Positions 1 through 7,819 of a DNA stretch of 64,000 bases are shown piece after piece. Made by a program: the position numbers and the translations under genes. The DNA is from a virus. The notes beneath the pieces were generated by a model that worked only from the letters and a program-made list of their open reading frames with translations, searched no databases and was not told the DNA's origin. The stretch lies in the IMG/VR virus record IMGVR_UViG_3300028840_002691, positions 32,001-96,000 of that record. The stretch is one strand, 5' to 3'. Numbering within the stretch: the stretch's first letter is position 1; every line of letters begins with the position of its first letter.

Positions 1-118
1 ATGATTTTAGGTAAAGGCGTAGACCTGTTAGTGAGGAGATGTAAGCCTATGCAGCAGTATGGTAGCGATTTCCGTTTGAGCTTAGAATCCTGTCGTTAAA
101 ACGACAGGAGTACGTCAA
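1..118 (+). mobile_element. tnpB: Right end of an IS200/IS605-family (TnpB) element, including the tnpB 3' end (1-99) and the omega-RNA scaffold region
   Basis: GAATCCTGTCGT-TAAA-ACGACAGGAGTACGTCAA (85-118) is a subterminal hairpin followed by GAGTACGTCAA, the typical IS605/IS1341 right end. Frame 1 reads MILGKG..., resembling the TnpB C-terminal NILxxG motif. Confidence 0.7.
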
Positions 119-129
119 TTTAGTAAAAG

Positions 130-585
130 TTTAAGGCAGACAGACATGTAAAAGTGAAAGAGACAGAAAGGAGATAGATATGTACTTAAAGATAGCATGG
201 CATGTGGAAGAGGATGGAATTATAGTGCCGTCGAGTTTTGAAACTGCCCCGCCTACGTTGGTGGCACCTAGACAGCACTATATGTTTGAAACTGACAGAG
301 CCAGGTACAAAAAAGCCCGGGTTTTATCAATGAACGCATTTTGGGAATGGTTGATGAAATCCTTCCGGCGTAGTCATCATGTGGTGGGGCCGGAAATACC
401 GCAAGAATTGTCAGAGGGAGAGGGTTTTGAGTTCCTTGTTATTGATATCCCAAATGCTCTTGAGGACAGTGGTTGGGAAACTATCTTAGCTCCTAACTGT
501 TCATTATATGTGATGAATAGTAAGGGAAAGACGATCGATACGTTGATTTGTAGTCCATAGATGTGAAGTGTCTGTTTGCCTTAAA
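130..585. repeat. 18-bp imperfect inverted repeat pair (130-147 / 568-585)
   Basis: TTTAAGGCAGACAGACAT versus GTGTCTGTTTGCCTTAAA: 16/18 Watson-Crick pairs, and both mismatches are G-U compatible. Confidence 0.75.
180..560 (+). CDS. Hypothetical phage protein flanked by inverted repeats
   Basis: 126-aa ORF with AAGGAG RBS. The C-terminal YVMNxxGKTID motif is of a type seen in phage hypothetical proteins. Confidence 0.7.
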   Translation: MYLKIAWHVEEDGIIVPSSFETAPPTLVAPRQHYMFETDRARYKKARVLSMNAFWEWLMKSFRRSHHVVGPEIPQELSEGEGFEFLVIDIPNALEDSGWETILAPNCSLYVMNSKGKTIDTLICSP

Positions 586-876
586 AACCCTAGCAAGACG
601 GTGGAGGAGGTAGGTAAGTAATGAGCTACAAAGGGGATCTACATCGGACAATATTGAGCATGAGAGAGGTTATATGTAATTATCCACCATTCCCGTATCT
701 TTATTGGGACAAGTTTGCTGTAATGCGTTTTTTAGAGAAGAGGGGCTTAGATATAAAAAACCTCTCATAAGATTTACAGACCCATTAGCAAGAGACATAG
801 TGTTCTTGCAAGAAAGTGTGGGTATGAGAGGAAAGAAGGGAAATGGGTGAGCCACGAGTGAGAAAGAGGAAGAAAA

Positions 877-1806
877 GTGAAAACACTAGTCACCGGAGGA
901 GCAGGGTTCATAGGCTCGGCATTGGCTAGGAGGCTGCTACGGCTGGGGCACGAGGTGTATGTTGTAGACGACCTCTCCAACAGCACCAGAGAAAACGTAC
1001 CGGAAGGCGTGAAAGAGTTCTGGCGCATGGACTTCTTTGACGTTGCTGCTTACAATGCTGTGCAGTTTGACTGCATATTTCACCTGGCTGCACCATCTTC
1101 CGGAAGCAAGTCTTTTGAGAACCCACATAAGGAGCTGGAAGAGCATGTTTGGAAAACTTACGAGCTTCTCGAGTGGGCTTACAGTGTGAGCTCAAGGATG
1201 AAGTTCATCTACACAAGCTCTGCCACCGTGTACGGCAACCAAGCTGAGCCAGTGGACGAACTAGAGCCTCTGAGCCCAAAGACACCATACGCTGCAGGCA
1301 AGGCTGCTGCGGAGGCCTACGTGAAGTATTTTGCCAACAGAGGGCTACAGGCCAATGTGGTGCGGCTGCCTGCGGTCTACGGGCCTGGGCAGAACCTCCA
1401 AAACCGAGAGCAGGGCATGGTGAGCATCTACCTCTCATACATTCTAGCCAAGAAGCGGGTGCTAGTAAAAGGGCTGCCGATACGGTACAGGGACTTCATC
1501 TACGTAGAGGATGCGGTGGAGGGGATGCTGGCCGTGATGGACAACACCATGTGCCGACGCACCTACAACCTCTCGACAGGCATCGGCACAACGGTGCACG
1601 ACCTGCTAATGCTGATGTTCCGGATCTCCGGTCACCAGGAGGGCTACGAGGTTGACGAGAGGGGCACTCCTGGTGACCAGTTCGGCATAGTGCTTGATCC
1701 TGCCAGGGCAAGGGACGAGCTGGACTGGGAGGCTAAGACTGATCTTATTACTGGGTTGAAGCTGATGTATGCTTTTGAAAAAGAAAGGAGTGAGCAAAAT
1801 GGCTAA
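877..1806 (+). CDS. NAD-dependent epimerase/dehydratase (extended SDR, GalE-like)
   Basis: TGGAGFIG Rossmann motif, HLAA, YTSSATVYG, catalytic YAAGK (YxxxK), VYGPGQ, RDFIYVED. Confidence 0.95.
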   Translation: MKTLVTGGAGFIGSALARRLLRLGHEVYVVDDLSNSTRENVPEGVKEFWRMDFFDVAAYNAVQFDCIFHLAAPSSGSKSFENPHKELEEHVWKTYELLEWAYSVSSRMKFIYTSSATVYGNQAEPVDELEPLSPKTPYAAGKAAAEAYVKYFANRGLQANVVRLPAVYGPGQNLQNREQGMVSIYLSYILAKKRVLVKGLPIRYRDFIYVEDAVEGMLAVMDNTMCRRTYNLSTGIGTTVHDLLMLMFRISGHQEGYEVDERGTPGDQFGIVLDPARARDELDWEAKTDLITGLKLMYAFEKERSEQNG

Positions 1807-2749
1807 ATGTCCATTGTGCAAAAGTGAGGATATGTTCCTGATAACAAATAAGGTCAGGTTCGGCAAAGAGGCTGACGTTTACCGTTGCAATGACTGCTCC
1901 CTGGTGTTTCTGGACCAGGATTCGTTTGAGTTCCCGAAGGACTTCTATGAGAAGGAGTACCACCAGACCTACCTGACCCATGTGGAGCCTGATGCCTTGG
2001 ACCCCGAGAAGTATTTTGAGAAGGCCAGCAAGACGACCAAGAAGTGGGCTGATAAATTCTTATATCAGTTCCCACATTGTATGGAAGCAACAGTGCTCGA
2101 CGTTGGATGCTCTACTGGTCATTTCATGTGCCAGATAAAACCAAAAGTGAGAGCCGTTATAGGTGTAGAGCTGAACGAGAAGGAGCTGAAGTTCTGTAAG
2201 GAGGAAAAGAAGCTGGAAGTGTATAATGTTATAAAGACGGTTTTGGCAAACAAGCACTTCATCACCATGATCTATGTTCTGGAGCACATAGCGGACCCAG
2301 TGACTTTCTTGAAAGACTGCAGGAAGAAACTTATAGTCCCGAACGGTAGAATCGTGCTCCTGGTGCCATGTATAAATGATGCTCTGCTGTGGCTGTACAA
2401 GATACCTGAGTACAAAGAGTTCCACTTCTGCATTGAGCACCTGTACTACTTCAACAAAAAGACTCTGAATCTGGTTCTGGAGCAGGCTGGCTTCAATGAC
2501 ATACAGATAGAGATGCTTCAGGAGTACCCGTTGACAAACCACCTGAAGTGGCTGTACCAACGAGCACCTGGAGGCCTGTTGGAGTCAAGGGAAGGTGAGC
2601 CACCTATACATCCGAGCATGTTTCTGGATACCACAGATGTTGAAACGGCATGGACTCAACTATGGGCCAGGTTCAACATTGACTACAAACACTTCTTATG
2701 GCGTTTTGGATACGGAGACAGATTATGGGCAACAGCAAGCTACGCATAG
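1799..2749 (+). CDS. Class I SAM-dependent methyltransferase with N-terminal Zn finger
   Basis: CPLC...CNDC, VLDVGCSTGHF (motif I), YVLEHIADP, EHLYYF. This type is common in polysaccharide loci. Confidence 0.9.
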   Translation: MAKCPLCKSEDMFLITNKVRFGKEADVYRCNDCSLVFLDQDSFEFPKDFYEKEYHQTYLTHVEPDALDPEKYFEKASKTTKKWADKFLYQFPHCMEATVLDVGCSTGHFMCQIKPKVRAVIGVELNEKELKFCKEEKKLEVYNVIKTVLANKHFITMIYVLEHIADPVTFLKDCRKKLIVPNGRIVLLVPCINDALLWLYKIPEYKEFHFCIEHLYYFNKKTLNLVLEQAGFNDIQIEMLQEYPLTNHLKWLYQRAPGGLLESREGEPPIHPSMFLDTTDVETAWTQLWARFNIDYKHFLWRFGYGDRLWATASYA

Positions 2750-3774
2750 CAATTACAGGCCTAGGTAATAGGGCTTTGCCAAAAGACCCAGACAGCAGCA
2801 ACTGGGATGGCTGGGTGAAGCAGATCCAAAATCATCCCGGCTATGAGTTGATAGCAGCCCACGATCCTGTTGAGAAGAACATTGATTGCAGACAATACGA
2901 GCACCTTTCACACATGCTCTTTGTGGAGAGTGTGGATGTGCTATTGGTGTGCAGCCCCATCAGATATCACGACTCAGGAATACTGGCTGCGCTGAACAGT
3001 CTGCGTGAGCGTGGCAGTCGGCCAACAGGACTGATAGTGGAGAAGCCATTCTGCTGGAATATCCATCAGGGCGAAGTGCTGTTGGAAGACATCAAGGAAC
3101 TGGGCGTAAAGACCTGTATTGTGCAGAACTGGCGCTTCAAGGACGTGGGCCAAACACTAAGAGCCAATCTGAAGAATGAGGAAGTAGCTCACATATTCTT
3201 CTGTTACACAAGAAACAGAGAAAACCCAAACTACCCAGACTACATATTCAAGGAACCTTATCCACCACTGTACGCTATGGGCATACACCACCTGGACTTG
3301 TTCCGGTACATTCTGCGGGATGAGGTTGAGTGGGTCACTGGGCAGGCTTTTAGGCCGGAGTGGTCGCTGTATGAGTCTTATACGGGAGTAAACCTGTTTC
3401 TGCAGATGAAGAGCGGAGTGCCTGTGGTTTATACTAGTACGTTTTCCAGCCCTGGATACGATTTGAATCAAGAGAACCTGCTCATCGAAGGAAGGGGTTT
3501 TGATTGGAATTTGTTGGGAGATTGGGGTGACGGATATTTGTTCATGAGCACTAGCCAAATGAATACTCCGCCAAAATGTCTTCCTTTTGAGAAAACAAAA
3601 GAACAGTACGACAAAGCAGACAAATATATCTTGGACAGCTTTTACGAAACCATGATACACGGAGCACCAGAGATCTGCTCGGCTGAGGACGCCTTCAAGT
3701 CTGTGCTAGTGGTGGAGGCGGCTAGAAAGGCTTGCGAAACAGGGGAGAAAGTCTACATAAAGGAGTTAAGCTAA
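2725..3774 (+). CDS. Gfo/Idh/MocA family oxidoreductase
   Basis: IAITGLGNRA, VEKPF, QNWRF, MGIHHLDL motifs. Confidence 0.9.
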   Translation: MGNSKLRIAITGLGNRALPKDPDSSNWDGWVKQIQNHPGYELIAAHDPVEKNIDCRQYEHLSHMLFVESVDVLLVCSPIRYHDSGILAALNSLRERGSRPTGLIVEKPFCWNIHQGEVLLEDIKELGVKTCIVQNWRFKDVGQTLRANLKNEEVAHIFFCYTRNRENPNYPDYIFKEPYPPLYAMGIHHLDLFRYILRDEVEWVTGQAFRPEWSLYESYTGVNLFLQMKSGVPVVYTSTFSSPGYDLNQENLLIEGRGFDWNLLGDWGDGYLFMSTSQMNTPPKCLPFEKTKEQYDKADKYILDSFYETMIHGAPEICSAEDAFKSVLVVEAARKACETGEKVYIKELS

Positions 3775-4292
3775 TGTACTGGTTCACAGCCGACGAGCAC
3801 TACAAACACAGCAGGATCATAGACTACTGCAACAGGCCATTTGACTCAATAGATGAGAATGATTTAATGTTAATGGCTAACCACAATAGTGTAGTGAGTA
3901 AAGATGATACTACTGTGCATGTTGGGGACTTTGGCTTTTTCAGGACAAAGAAGGAGGCTGGAGAGTACATACGATGCCTGAACGGCAATCACATCTTTGT
4001 CAGGGGTAGTCATGATCGCTGGGCACCAAAGTCTATGCGTGAGATATGGAAGAACAAGATAGATGGGCAGACAGTAGTAGCCTGCCATTATGCTATGCGC
4101 ACTTGGCCTGCATCCCATCACAACAGCTGGCTCCTCTATGGCCACAGCCATGGCAGGCTGCCTCCGCAGGGCAAGAGCTGGGACGTTGGGGTTGACTGCA
4201 ATGGGTATTTTCCTGTCTCCTGGGACACGGTGAAGAAAATAATGGAGGGGAGGCCGGACAACTTTAACTATGTTCACAAAACTAAAGCATAA
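3774..4292 (+). CDS. Calcineurin-like metallophosphoesterase
   Basis: TADEH, HVGDF, GSHD, CHY, YGHSH, DVGVD motifs. The start overlaps the upstream stop (TAATG). Confidence 0.9.
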   Translation: MYWFTADEHYKHSRIIDYCNRPFDSIDENDLMLMANHNSVVSKDDTTVHVGDFGFFRTKKEAGEYIRCLNGNHIFVRGSHDRWAPKSMREIWKNKIDGQTVVACHYAMRTWPASHHNSWLLYGHSHGRLPPQGKSWDVGVDCNGYFPVSWDTVKKIMEGRPDNFNYVHKTKA

Positions 4293-5094
4293 GCTGGCTA
4301 TCTGGTCTATCAGAAAAGCCTTAAAAGAACAGAACCTCATGCCCATTTACGAGGAGCTGGAAGAGATCTTGCCCGACATCAGAGACCAGTACTCGTTTGC
4401 CGAGGTCAACTCGGAGTACAAGATCACCAATATAAGGGCGATGCATGCGTTTCAGATGGACTTTTTGTCAAAGGCAATAGAAAGGGTAGGGGAAAGGGCG
4501 ATCGTCGTTTCTATGGTGTCTGAGGACGTCTCAGGGGCTTTGAAGGGTATCGATATCGGAGACAGCTCAGGCAACCACACTCTGTATCTGAAAGGGCTGT
4601 TTCCGGCCACCAGGTTCAAGATGCTCAGCGTGAACGCCGACGAGAACGCTGTGAACAAGATCGCTGCAAAAGGCCTGAACGCCATATTGTGCTCGCTGGA
4701 AGATCTGGTGATGTTTGAGAAGTACGAGCCGTATGACTTCGGGATGATGTTTGAGGTTCTGGAGCACATAGAGAATCCGGTGGACGTGCTGCGGAAGCTG
4801 AAAAAGATGTGCATAGACAAGTTCATAATCACGGTGCCCTACCTGAGAAAGAGCCGAGTCGGGCTGCACCAGATACGGCAAGGCTCTGGTGGGTACAATT
4901 TGGAGAATACGCATATCTTTGAATTGTGCCCAGAGGATTGGAAGCTGCTGTTCGCCTACACGGGATGGGAGGTGGTAAGAGAAGCTGTCTATTTGCAGTA
5001 CCCGAGGTGGTGTCTGCCGCTGAGATACTTGTGGCGGAAGAAGGACTTTGAGGGCTTTTGGGGATGTGTGCTGGGAAGGAAAGATGAAACTTAA
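4270..5094 (+). CDS. SAM-dependent methyltransferase-like protein
   Basis: DIGDSSG (motif I variant), FEVLEHIENP, IITVPY. Confidence 0.8.
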   Translation: MFTKLKHKLAIWSIRKALKEQNLMPIYEELEEILPDIRDQYSFAEVNSEYKITNIRAMHAFQMDFLSKAIERVGERAIVVSMVSEDVSGALKGIDIGDSSGNHTLYLKGLFPATRFKMLSVNADENAVNKIAAKGLNAILCSLEDLVMFEKYEPYDFGMMFEVLEHIENPVDVLRKLKKMCIDKFIITVPYLRKSRVGLHQIRQGSGGYNLENTHIFELCPEDWKLLFAYTGWEVVREAVYLQYPRWCLPLRYLWRKKDFEGFWGCVLGRKDET

Positions 5095-5198
5095 CGACGC
5101 TGATAAAGCACTATGAGCGGATGTATTTTCGAGGACTGGTGAAGACCTTCGTCTTCATAGTGCTAATATTGGCGCTGCTGGTATTTGGGAAGATGTTC

Positions 5199-5592
5199 TG
5201 AAAGGCAGGTGATGCTGGAAATGAGTTGGTGGGTAGATCTCAGCGACGAAAATGGCATTGTCCAAGTGGACAGGCACAGCGAAGGAGGCACGTACGCTCT
5301 TGGTGGTACTCCTCAAGCTGATCTTAACATCACCTACAACTACTCTGAGCACTATTATAAGCACTTGAACGAAGAAGAGGGTCTGCAGTGGTTGCACGGA
5401 AAAAGGGCCAAAGACACAATAGCTGCTCTGGAGAGCGCCGTCAACAAGTTAGGCACGAAAACCAGTTCAGATTATTGGAAGCCCACGAAAGGCAACGCTG
5501 GCTATGCTTTGTCTATTCTGCTTTCTTGGGCCAGGCAGTATCCAGAAGCAGTTTGGGACGTTAGTTGAAAGGCAGGTGATACTGAAAATGAG
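5199..5592 (+). repeat. 27-bp direct repeat (5199-5225, 5566-5592) made of stop + RBS + start, bracketing one gene
   Basis: TGAAAGGCAGGTGATGCTGGAAATGAG versus TGAAAGGCAGGTGATACTGAAAATGAG, 25/27 identical. Confidence 0.85.
5221..5568 (+). CDS. Conserved phage hypothetical protein (NITYNYS type)
   Basis: RBS GGCAGGTGA precedes the ATG at 5221. Motifs LNITYNYS, DYWKPTKGNAG. Confidence 0.7.
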   Translation: MSWWVDLSDENGIVQVDRHSEGGTYALGGTPQADLNITYNYSEHYYKHLNEEEGLQWLHGKRAKDTIAALESAVNKLGTKTSSDYWKPTKGNAGYALSILLSWARQYPEAVWDVS

Positions 5593-5685
5593 CAAACCGT
5601 TATCGGTGTTGTTGCAGTTGGTGGGGCTGGTCTGGGTGGTGTGGGCGGCAGAGATGCAACCTGAAGAAGTGGCAGAGGTGAGGGA

Positions 5686-5921
5686 ATGGCTAGGGTGAAG
5701 TTCCCACTGTGGCGCGAGTTGACATCAGTTGGTACAGCGAGCAGCACACCTTCTGGACTCATGCTAAGACTGAGGTGAGCGCCAAATGGCGCGCAGCATC
5801 CAAACTGGCCAAGCTGCTGGGCTGGGGACCTGGTGCTGTGTTCGCTAAGATGGAGACTGGCAGTGGGCCTGTACAATGCGAATGTTTTAAGAAGGAGAAG
5901 GAGGACATGAAATGCCTGTAA
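5686..5921 (+). pseudogene. Frameshifted paralog of the small gene starting at 49126
   Basis: MARVKFPLWR / VDISWYSEQHTFWTHAKT...LGW...VQCEC matches MAKQFPLWRVDISWYGEWHRFWTHAKT...LGW...VRCEC. Two extra nt near 5713 break the frame. Confidence 0.7.
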
Positions 5922-6946
5922 CCGTAGTCGTTGGCGGCCAATTTGGTTCGGAAGGCAAGGGCAAAGTCGCCCACTACCTTGCCAAAGAGATGAATGCCTC
6001 TGTGGCTATCCGATGCGGTGGGCCAAATTCGGGTCATACGGTCATCGATCCAAATGGCGAGCCAATCATTTTTCAACAACTCCCCGCAGCCTCAATACTG
6101 CCTGATATCAACATTGTCCTTTGTGCCGGCTCCTATATAGACATAGATATCTTAACAAAGGAAATCGAAATAGCTGGATTGAGTCCGGATCGTTTGTGGA
6201 TCGATCCCAACGCCATTGTCATTACCCCCGCAATGAAAAAGGCTGAGCAGCATGCAGGCCTGATGGATTCCATCGGTTCGACGGGTAGCGGAACAGGCGA
6301 GGCTGTTATACAAAGAATTCGGAGAGAAAATCTGCGGTTACTTGCCGAATCGTTTCCCGACCTCACTCCTTTGGTCAAAGAAACCAAACCTTTTCTGAGA
6401 TGCTATCTCGAAAATAGAGAGAGGATTATCATTGAAGGAACGCAAGGTTTTGGCCTTTCTCTACTGCATTCGCAACATTATCCTTATGTCACTAGTCGCG
6501 ACACAACAGCGGCAGCATTTGTATCTGAGGCTGGCTTGAGTCCCTTAGATGTTGATGATGTGGTGCTGACTATTAGAGCATTACCGATACGCGTGGCTGG
6601 AAATTCAGGCCCATTAGCGGATGAAATCGATTGGGAGACGGTCACTGTGGAAGGCGGTGGTAGTCAACTCATCGAAGAGATAACAAGTGTTACAAAATGC
6701 GTTCGCAGAGTCGGCAGATTTAATCCGGAAGTTGTGCGGACAGCTATTGAGGTTAATAGGCCAACAAGAATCGTGCTCAATCATCTTGATTGCATAGATT
6801 GGAGTGCGAGATCCGAAGGACCGACTTTCAAAATCCTTCAGTTTGTTAAACAGGTGAATTCTCTCATCGGACGGTCTGTCGACTATTGTGGTTATGGTCC
6901 AAGTTCAGATGCTCTCCAAGCCTCAGCCATTTGGCTTCGAAACTAA
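5912..6946 (+). CDS. purZ: PurZ/PurZ0-like adenylosuccinate synthetase homolog (putative 2-amino-deoxyadenylosuccinate synthetase)
   Basis: GGQFGSEGKGK has Ser where PurA has the catalytic Asp13. Also GPNSGHT, EGTQG, YPYVTSRD, PIRVAGNSGPL, TSVTKCVRRVG (PurA R303 position not Arg) and NHLD. The 344-aa length is the short type. Confidence 0.75.
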   Translation: MPVTVVVGGQFGSEGKGKVAHYLAKEMNASVAIRCGGPNSGHTVIDPNGEPIIFQQLPAASILPDINIVLCAGSYIDIDILTKEIEIAGLSPDRLWIDPNAIVITPAMKKAEQHAGLMDSIGSTGSGTGEAVIQRIRRENLRLLAESFPDLTPLVKETKPFLRCYLENRERIIIEGTQGFGLSLLHSQHYPYVTSRDTTAAAFVSEAGLSPLDVDDVVLTIRALPIRVAGNSGPLADEIDWETVTVEGGGSQLIEEITSVTKCVRRVGRFNPEVVRTAIEVNRPTRIVLNHLDCIDWSARSEGPTFKILQFVKQVNSLIGRSVDYCGYGPSSDALQASAIWLRN

Positions 6947-6988
6947 TGTCCTCTTAAGGACAAATCATAAAATAAGGCGGACATTGCC

Positions 6989-7204
6989 ATGAATACCGTT
7001 TTAAACGATTTAGATTATGCCAAAGACACAATAGCTGCTCTGGAGAGCGCCGTCAACAAGTTAGGCACGAAAACCAGTTGGGTGGTGTGGGCGGCAGGCG
7101 TGTTCGGCAATGGGCACATTGTCAAGGGCATTTGGTACGTGGCAGTGGGTTTGGGGTTTGTGGCTGTTGGGGGCATAGGGTTCCGGAGGAGGATAAAGAG
7201 GTGA
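6989..7204 (+). pseudogene. Chimeric ORF: donor gene start + duplicated phage fragment + 3' half of an interrupted membrane protein gene
   Basis: MNTVLNDLDY, then AKDTIAALESAVNKLGTKTS (copy of the 5221 gene), then WVVWAAG...FRRRIKR (continuation of the gene starting at 5588). Confidence 0.7.
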
Positions 7205-7354
7205 AGCGCAAGAACAGAAGCCGAAAGAGCAGAAAGCACCGCAGCCACGTGAACGGGCCACGGGGCAGCAACCTGTTCCTGGAGCGTCTGGTGGCTAAGT
7301 TGGCTCGCCGAGAGCGTTATCTGATGAAACAAAAGAAAAGGAGGCAACAACAAA

Positions 7355-7615
7355 ATGAAAAAGCTAATTGAATGTGCTGACAAAGAAGGCTTGGAAAAGT
7401 TAGTGGGGGAACGTATTACCCTGTTTTGCATGAACTACATCTATACAGGCAAACTTGTGGGTATCAATGACAACTGTGTGCTGCTCAAAGGCCCTGCTAT
7501 AGTGTATGAGACAGGACCGTTTTCAGAAAAGGACTGGAAGGATGCCCAGTTTTTGCCTAACGATGAGTGGTATGTGATGCTTTCTGCGGTTGAGAGTTTT
7601 GGGGTGATGAAATGA
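7355..7615 (+). CDS. Small conserved phage beta-rich protein (possibly Sm-like)
   Basis: AGGAGG RBS. Pattern LFCMNYIYTGKLVGINDNCVLL...AIVYETG. Confidence 0.75.
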   Translation: MKKLIECADKEGLEKLVGERITLFCMNYIYTGKLVGINDNCVLLKGPAIVYETGPFSEKDWKDAQFLPNDEWYVMLSAVESFGVMK

Positions 7616-7767
7616 TAAGAAGTAAAAGACAAAAGCGGTCTTGGTCTTGGTCTGGGTCTCGGTCTCGGTCTTGGTCTTGGTCTGGGTCTCGGTCTCGGTC
7701 TGGGTCTTGGTCTGGGTCTGGGTCTTGGTCTGGGTCTCGGTCTCGGTCTTGGTCTTGGTCTTGCTAA
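7612..7767 (+). CDS. 51-aa Ser-(Trp/Arg/Gly) dipeptide-repeat protein, missed by the ORF track
   Basis: ATGA overlap with the upstream gene. Translates as MIRSKRQKR(S-W/R/G)20SC. Confidence 0.65.
   Translation: MIRSKRQKRSWSWSGSRSRSWSWSGSRSRSGSWSGSGSWSGSRSRSWSWSC
7639..7761. repeat. Hexanucleotide tandem repeat (TCTBGG), about 20 units
   Basis: TCT-[T/C/G]GG units read directly. Confidence 0.95.
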
Positions 7768-7819
7768 AAATAAATACAAAAACAATACAGAAACACCCTA
7801 AAAAGAAGGTCAAAAGAAT

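Larger units (their letters stand above)
5407..7097 (+). repeat. Direct repeats flanking the purZ-like insertion: 61 bp (5407-5467 = 7019-7079) and 19 bp (5633-5651 = 7079-7097)
   Basis: Exact sequence identity read directly from the sequence. Confidence 0.9.

Noticed and set aside
5912-6946. Ordinary purA auxiliary metabolic gene
   Set aside because: The catalytic Asp13 and Arg303 equivalents are substituted in the PurZ manner.
7639-7761. CRISPR array or DGR variable region in the 6-bp repeat
   Set aside because: There are no spacers, no template/variable repeat pair and no reverse transcriptase in the window. It is a coding microsatellite.
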